Of a stretch of 64,000 nucleotides of DNA, positions 58,527 through 64,000 are shown piece by piece; positions within the stretch are counted from its first letter, which is position 1; every line of letters begins with the position of its first letter. Source of the stretch: Dehalococcoidia bacterium (GTDB taxonomy: Bacteria > Chloroflexota > Dehalococcoidia > Plut-88900); the NCBI GenBank assembly GCA_965207225.1, contig CBDBLV010000002.1, forward strand, positions 236,160 through 300,159, in the 5' to 3' direction. The notes beneath the pieces are model-generated. The model saw only the letters and a list, made by a program, of their open reading frames with translations, did no database searches and was not told the origin of the DNA. The translations under genes were made by a program, and so were the position numbers.

Positions 58527-60974
58527 ATGGAAGACCACGCAAGAGTTGTCGTTATCGGGGCCGGCATCGCCGGTTGCAGCGTCGTATATCACCTTGCCAA
58601 GCTGGGCTGGACGGACGTCGTCGTCCTCGACCAGGGCCCCCTGCCCGATACCGGCGGGTCCACGTCCCACGCCCCCGCCTTCATCTTCCAGATAAACCCA
58701 TCCAAGTTCTTCTCGGAGACCGCCAGGTATTCCGTTGAGCTTTTCAACTCCCTGGAAGTGGACGGGCAGTGCCCCTTCTACAAGGTCGGGGGGTTGGAGG
58801 TGGCTTGGACTCCCGAGCGTTTGCAGGAGCTGAAGCGCAAGGTCGGGTTCGGAAAGTCCTGGGGCCTCGAAGCCGAGGTCATATCCGCCAGGGAAGCCCG
58901 GGACCTCTTCCCCATGCTCTCCGACAAGATTCTCGGCGCTATGTACAACCCCTCCGACGGCCTGGTTAAAGGCGTCCGCGCCGACGAGGCCATGTCCAAC
59001 GCCGCCAAGGCCCTGGGGGTCAAGTTCTACGGAGAGACCGAGGTTACCGACATCCTCACTCACGACGGCCGTGTCGATACCGTGGTAACCACCAAAGGCA
59101 ACATCAAGGCCGAGCACGTTGTCGCTTGCGCAGGAATATGGGGCCCCAGGATCGGGCGCATGGTAGGACTGCCCATCCCTTACTACCCCATGCAGCACCC
59201 CTTGGTGAAGATCGGACCCCTGCCGGAGCTGGCCGATCACAAGCGGGAGATCTCCCGCCCCGGGGTCCGGCACCAGGACATGTCCATGTACGCCCGGGAA
59301 TACTTCGAGTACATGGAGGTCGGAACCTACCAAAACGAGCCCCTCTTGGTGAACGCCGACGACATAGTCCCCTACGAAATGGCCCGTGTGACTCCCGCCG
59401 TCATGCCATTCAGCCTGGAGCTCTTCGCCGACTCCCTTCTCGCTATCGACGAGCTAATGCCGGGCCTCGCCGACAACCAGCTCTTTGAGCCCATCAACGG
59501 CATGTTCTCCTTCACGACGGACGGGATGCCCCTCCTGGGCGAGGCGCCCAACGTCAAGAACTTCTGGATTGCCCAGGCCGTCTGGGTGGCCCATGCAGGC
59601 GGCATAGGCAAGGCCCTGGCCGAGTGGATGGTCTACGGCTCCCCCGAAATCGACCCCCATGAGGCCGACATCACCCGCTTCCACCCCCACATGGCAGCCG
59701 ACAACTACGTCAAGACCCGCTCCGCCCAGCAGTATCGGGAGGTCTACGACATAGTCCATCCCCTTCAGCAGATGGAAGACCCCCGACGCGTGCGTCTCAG
59801 CCCCTTCTATCCCAGGCAGGTGGAACTTGGAGCACAGTTCTTCGAGGTTGCCGGCTGGGAACGACCACAGTGGTACGCCGCCAACGAAAAGCTCCTCGAA
59901 GCCGACCCCGCGCCTCCCCGCCAGGGCTGGGAGTCCATGAACTGGTCTCCCGTAGTCCACGCGGAGCACAAGGCGGCCCGGGAACGGGTCGTGATGATCG
60001 ACCAGACCGGGTTCGCCAAGTTCGAAATCCAGGGCGCCGGGGCCCTGGAAACGCTGAATTACATTGCCAGCAACCAGATGGACCGGCCCGTGGGTCGGGT
60101 CACATACACCTCTCTCCTCAACAGCCAGGGAAAGATCAAGTGCGACCTCACCATCACGCGCCTCGGGCCGGACCGTTTCCTGGTCGTCACCGGCGGCTCC
60201 TTCGCACCCCACGATCTCGCCTGGATCAGGTCCCACCTGCCGGAGGACGGATCCGTATCCCTGACCGACATCTCCTCCCACTACTGCTGCATCGGCCTGT
60301 GGGGACCTCGGGCCCGGGAACTAGCACAATCAGTGACCGACCATGATCTCTCCAACGAGTCCTTCCCGTACCTCACCGGTCAGCAAGTAATACTGGGGGA
60401 TGTGCCCTGCCTCGCACTCCGCATCTCCTACGCCGGTGAGCTCGGATGGGAGGTCTACTGCCCGTCCGAATTCGGACTCCGGCTTTGGGACACCCTCTGG
60501 GAAGCGGGCCAGCCTTTTGGCGTAACTGCCATGGGCGCCGCCGCCTTCGACTCCCTCAGGCTGGAGAAGGGCTACCGGCTGTGGGGCGCAGACATCAGCA
60601 CAGAATTCAACCCCTACGAGGCGGGCATCGGCTTTGCGGTAAGGATGAAGAAGGGGAACTTCCTCGGGAGGGATGCTCTCGTCGAATCCCGGGAGGCGGG
60701 CCTTTCTCAGAAGCTCTGCTGCATGACTCTTGATGACTCCTCCAAAGTGATAATGGGCAACGAGCCCATCCTGGTAGGCGGGAACCCCACGGGGTTTGTG
60801 ACCAGCGCCAACTACGGTTACAGCATCGGGAGAGGGATAGCTTACGGTTATCTGCCTATCCAGCACGCCGAGGTCGGGACCAAAGTGCAGATCGAGTATT
60901 TCGGCGAACGCCTCGACGCCACAGTCTCCCGTGAACCCCTCTACGATCCCGAGATGGTGAAGCTGAAGAGCTAG
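58527..60974 (+). CDS. FAD-dependent oxidoreductase fused to a GcvT-like aminomethyltransferase domain (dimethylglycine/sarcosine dehydrogenase-like)
   Basis: 815 aa. N-terminal VVVIGAGIAGCS dinucleotide fold. C-terminal folate-binding GcvT-type domain. Confidence 0.88.
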   Translation: MEDHARVVVIGAGIAGCSVVYHLAKLGWTDVVVLDQGPLPDTGGSTSHAPAFIFQINPSKFFSETARYSVELFNSLEVDGQCPFYKVGGLEVAWTPERLQELKRKVGFGKSWGLEAEVISAREARDLFPMLSDKILGAMYNPSDGLVKGVRADEAMSNAAKALGVKFYGETEVTDILTHDGRVDTVVTTKGNIKAEHVVACAGIWGPRIGRMVGLPIPYYPMQHPLVKIGPLPELADHKREISRPGVRHQDMSMYAREYFEYMEVGTYQNEPLLVNADDIVPYEMARVTPAVMPFSLELFADSLLAIDELMPGLADNQLFEPINGMFSFTTDGMPLLGEAPNVKNFWIAQAVWVAHAGGIGKALAEWMVYGSPEIDPHEADITRFHPHMAADNYVKTRSAQQYREVYDIVHPLQQMEDPRRVRLSPFYPRQVELGAQFFEVAGWERPQWYAANEKLLEADPAPPRQGWESMNWSPVVHAEHKAARERVVMIDQTGFAKFEIQGAGALETLNYIASNQMDRPVGRVTYTSLLNSQGKIKCDLTITRLGPDRFLVVTGGSFAPHDLAWIRSHLPEDGSVSLTDISSHYCCIGLWGPRARELAQSVTDHDLSNESFPYLTGQQVILGDVPCLALRISYAGELGWEVYCPSEFGLRLWDTLWEAGQPFGVTAMGAAAFDSLRLEKGYRLWGADISTEFNPYEAGIGFAVRMKKGNFLGRDALVESREAGLSQKLCCMTLDDSSKVIMGNEPILVGGNPTGFVTSANYGYSIGRGIAYGYLPIQHAEVGTKVQIEYFGERLDATVSREPLYDPEMVKLKS

Positions 60975-61112
60975 CCTGGCATAATACCGACGGGCCTCTA
61001 CAACTTCACTATTCTGGATTTAATGGGAATACAGATTGACACGTGAAGGTTAGATAGGCATGCTATGGCTACTAAAGGCGTTCCCGTTTGAGCGGGTACC
61101 AAAAGCCACAGA

Positions 61113-61832
61113 ATGCCGGAAGACCTGCAACCCCGCTATACACTCCGCATTGCCGAGATGCCCTCGGATGAAAGGCCTCGGGAGCGACTCCGGAATTACG
61201 GCGCCCAGAGCCTGAGCCACGCTGAACTCATCGCCATCCTGCTTCGCACGGGCACCAGCCGGGAAAGCGCCCTCGACATGGCCAGGCGCATAATGACCCA
61301 GTACGGCACCTTGCGCGGTCTTGCAGGGGCCACCTTCAGCGAGTTGACTCAACTGGACGGGGTCGGAGACGCCAAGGCAGCCCAGATAATGGCGGGCCTA
61401 GAACTCGGCCTGCGCCTGCGCAACGACCCTCGCCTTGAAAAACGTCCTGTCAACAACCCCCAGGACGTTTTCGATCTCCTCGGCGACGAAATGAGTCTCC
61501 TCACCCAGGAGCACTTGAAGGTAATCCTACTGGATACAAAAAACCGCGTCATGGAAGTCCACGAGGTCTATAGGGGCAACGTAAACTCATCCATGATCAG
61601 GGCGTCCGAAGTATTCAGGGCTGCGGTAAAGGCCAATGCTGCTGCAATTCTACTGGCCCATAACCACCCCTCCGGAAACCCGACCCCCAGCGCGCAGGAC
61701 GCCCACGTCACCGCAGACCTGGTCAAGGCCGGATCGCTCCTAGGCATAGACGTTCTGGACCACATCATCATAGGCCACCCCTCAGAAAAGGCCTTCGTCA
61801 GCCTGAAGGAGCAGGGTATCGGGTTCGGCTAG
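61113..61832 (+). CDS. radC: RadC-like JAB-domain protein (UPF0758)
   Basis: 239 aa. HhH region (LDGVGDAKAAQI) and JAMM-like HNHPSGNPTPSAQD. Confidence 0.85.
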   Translation: MPEDLQPRYTLRIAEMPSDERPRERLRNYGAQSLSHAELIAILLRTGTSRESALDMARRIMTQYGTLRGLAGATFSELTQLDGVGDAKAAQIMAGLELGLRLRNDPRLEKRPVNNPQDVFDLLGDEMSLLTQEHLKVILLDTKNRVMEVHEVYRGNVNSSMIRASEVFRAAVKANAAAILLAHNHPSGNPTPSAQDAHVTADLVKAGSLLGIDVLDHIIIGHPSEKAFVSLKEQGIGFG

Positions 61833-61849
61833 GGGGCCTGCGTCCCATC

Positions 61850-61877
61850 TTGACTTAATCCCCCTCGGTGCTATCCT
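61850..61877 (+). promoter_or_regulatory. extended -10 promoter of the amidohydrolase gene
   Basis: TTGACT, 16-nt spacer ending in TGc, TATCCT. Confidence 0.45.
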
Positions 61878-61922
61878 CCCCTAAGCTTCACGGCACTGCG
61901 CTAATGCCCCAAGGAGGGTACT

Positions 61923-63059
61923 ATGCAATACAACATCATCTCAGCAGACTCCCACGTGGACCTCGGATTCCTGCCATGGGACCTCTTTACCTCCCAGGCC
62001 CCGACCCAGTACGCCAACCGCGTCCCGAGAGTCGAAACCCATGACGGCATCGACCAGTGGTGGGCGGACGGGGTGTACCTGGAAGACGTCGGCCACTTCT
62101 CCAAGGTGGCTACCTACAACCCGGGCATGAAAACCCGGGTCGACAAGATGGCGGCCACGGGCTTCATCCAGGACGCCGCCGAAGGCCGTTACCACCCCAC
62201 TGACCCCGACCTCAGGATCAAAGACCAGGATGCAGACGGCGTAGACGCGGAGGTCATATACGGCATGTTCGCAGTCGCCACCAAACTGAAGGACCAGGAG
62301 TTGGTCGCTTCCATCTACCGCACCTACAATGACTGGATCGCCGACTTCACCAGCAAGCGCCCGGACCGGCTCAGGGGTCTGGCATGCCTGCCCAACCACG
62401 ATCCCCAAGCCGCCGCCGATGAGGTCCGCAGGATTGCGGCCAAGGGGTTGGTCGGTGTCGAGTTCGGCGTGGCAACGGCGGTCAAGCCGATGTACTACCG
62501 AGACTGGGACGTGCTGTGGGAAGCCGTTGCCGAATGTGGAGTCTCCATATCCTTCCACACTACGGGCCTGTATCCCCGTCCACCCGAGCCCGGGGACGAG
62601 AAGCTCTACGCCCTGACCCATCGAGTTGTTAACATGGTGACATTCCAACTCTCGGGGGCGGAGATCCTGGCCAGCATGGTGCTGTCGGGAGCTTGTGAAA
62701 GGAACCCCGACCTGAAGTTCGTGCTCGGGGAGTGCGGCGTTACATGGATCCCCTACGTTCTCGACCGGATGGACCACGAGGACGAAGGAGACGTCACCCT
62801 CTCAATGATTCCCAGCGACTATTGGAAGCGCCAGGGCTATTCCACATTCCAGAAGGAAGCCTTTGCCGGCGACATGATCGACTTCATCGGCGAGGACAAC
62901 GTCATGTGGGGGTCAGACTATCCCCACCCCGACGGCGTCTGGCCAGACTCCCAGGAGACCATCGAGAACAACCTCAAGGGCCTCAAGGACGAGACCAAGC
63001 GGATGAAGATAATCCGGGACACGGCTGCCAAGCTCTACCGCTTTACCAACGGCAACTAG
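61923..63059 (+). CDS. amidohydrolase-2 family metal-dependent hydrolase/decarboxylase (ACMSD-like)
   Basis: 378 aa. Motifs SADSHVD and WGSDYPHPDG. Confidence 0.82.
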   Translation: MQYNIISADSHVDLGFLPWDLFTSQAPTQYANRVPRVETHDGIDQWWADGVYLEDVGHFSKVATYNPGMKTRVDKMAATGFIQDAAEGRYHPTDPDLRIKDQDADGVDAEVIYGMFAVATKLKDQELVASIYRTYNDWIADFTSKRPDRLRGLACLPNHDPQAAADEVRRIAAKGLVGVEFGVATAVKPMYYRDWDVLWEAVAECGVSISFHTTGLYPRPPEPGDEKLYALTHRVVNMVTFQLSGAEILASMVLSGACERNPDLKFVLGECGVTWIPYVLDRMDHEDEGDVTLSMIPSDYWKRQGYSTFQKEAFAGDMIDFIGEDNVMWGSDYPHPDGVWPDSQETIENNLKGLKDETKRMKIIRDTAAKLYRFTNGN

Positions 63060-63080
63060 ACCTACCTCCTGTGCTACGAA

Positions 63081-63117
63081 GAAGGGCGACCCGGTTGGGT
63101 CGCCCTTCCCTCTTTCG
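63081..63117. terminator. intrinsic terminator between convergent genes
   Basis: GAAGGGCGACCC-GGTT-GGGTCGCCCTTC, a perfect 12-bp stem, followed by CCTCTTTCG. Confidence 0.7.
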
Positions 63118-63129
63118 TGCATTCCCTGG

Positions 63130-64000
63130 CTAAATGGGAGGTCGCCGCGTGTGCCAGTCCGTTGCCCCTTCGTAGGCCGCCGAGACCCTTAACACCGTAG
63201 CCTCGTCAAACGCCCTGCCCGCAATCTGCAGCCCGATTGGCAACCCGTCCCCCGAGAATCCACAAGATATGGATATGGCTGGCAGTCCGGCGAGGTTGAA
63301 GGGGGTGGTGAGGCTCCGTGCGCCGAATATGCGCTGGCGTACATCGGCCTCACTTACGAAGACCCTTTGGACTTCCTTGATCTCGGGGGCGGGGGTGGAG
63401 ACCACAGGGCCGACCAGGACATCGAAGTCTTCCAGGGCCTCGATGAGCCGCTTCCTGAGCAGCTGCCGCGCCCTCTGGGCACGATGGTACAGAGAGGCAG
63501 GGATCAGGCTCGAGGCCATGAGGCGGGTGCGGGTGGCTACGTCGTAGTCCCTGTGCCTCTGCCTCAGCAGCGACTCGTGGGTATCGGCGGCGTCCGAGTC
63601 GCCGATTGCTATGTAGATCGGGCCTGAAAGCTCCAGGAGTGGTATGTTCACTTCCTCGGTCTCGGCGCCGAGGGACTGGAACACGTCCCTGGTGGCGTTA
63701 ACTGCGCTCCGGGTATCCTCGTCTACGCCCTCCAGGTTTATGAGCTGGTGCAGGTAGCCTATCTTCATGCCTCGCACACCCCTGTCGAGACCCGAGGAGT
63801 AGTCGTCCACGGGCCGGGGGCTGCTGAGGGGATCATTAGGGTCTTGGCCGGCTATGACGGCAAGGAGGTTGGCGCAGTCTCGGACGGTGCGGGTCATGGG
63901 GCCGGCTGTGTCCATAGACCAGCACATGGGAAAGGCGCGGTAGCGGCTGGTCCTGCCCGTGGTGGGCCTGAGCCCGACTATCCCGCACATGGCGGCGGGA
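63130..64000 (-). CDS. amidase-signature family enzyme (5' end outside the window)
   Basis: The frame is open to the window edge. Motifs ..CGIVGLRPTTGRTSRY.. and MDTAGPMTRTVRD are typical of amidase/GatA-like proteins. Confidence 0.85.
   Translation of the reverse strand, partial: PAAMCGIVGLRPTTGRTSRYRAFPMCWSMDTAGPMTRTVRDCANLLAVIAGQDPNDPLSSPRPVDDYSSGLDRGVRGMKIGYLHQLINLEGVDEDTRSAVNATRDVFQSLGAETEEVNIPLLELSGPIYIAIGDSDAADTHESLLRQRHRDYDVATRTRLMASSLIPASLYHRAQRARQLLRKRLIEALEDFDVLVGPVVSTPAPEIKEVQRVFVSEADVRQRIFGARSLTTPFNLAGLPAISISCGFSGDGLPIGLQIAGRAFDEATVLRVSAAYEGATDWHTRRPPI

Overview
High-GC (about 60%) bacterial chromosomal window, annotated by eye, so all family calls rest on motifs I recognise rather than searches. 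It is mostly housekeeping. Plus strand: hrcA-grpE-dnaJ-prmA (no dnaK); 2-oxoacid dehydrogenase E1a/E1b/E2; cupin plus four-rhodanese pair; M24 peptidase; sulfite/nitrite reductase; aminotransferase and gamma-glutamyltransferase; purA; rpsA-clpC-radA-larE-methyltransferase-larC; tRNA(Thr,Tyr,Thr)-tuf-rpmG-secE-nusG-rplKAJL; a DMGDH-like fusion; radC; an amidohydrolase. Minus strand: plsY-der-argF-fur-ABM; ABC and ABC-2 transporter genes; dapA-asd-dapB-pnp-rpsO; an MFS transporter; an amidase. One IS1380-like element (18-bp perfect inverted repeats, 5-bp target duplication) splits a DCC-family gene that can be rebuilt in frame. The essential GTPase gene der is split by a 1-nt frameshift. The most unusual content is two non-coding islands, 17.47-19.75 kb and 39.07-40.40 kb, which are collinear with each other but inverted. 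Each has the order: terminator-like composite repeat, housekeeping-type extended -10 promoter, a ~400-nt segment closed by a long-range helix (X and Y), another composite repeat, phased TTCAATCAA repeats, then the promoter of the next gene. The composite repeats carry hairpins that are perfectly self-complementary in each copy but differ in sequence between copies. I propose X and Y as paralogous structured RNAs of unknown class; I cannot confirm that here. A leaderless 16-codon Cys-rich ORF followed by an intrinsic terminator sits upstream of the sulfite reductase gene. No CRISPR array, rRNA or recognisable defence system was seen.
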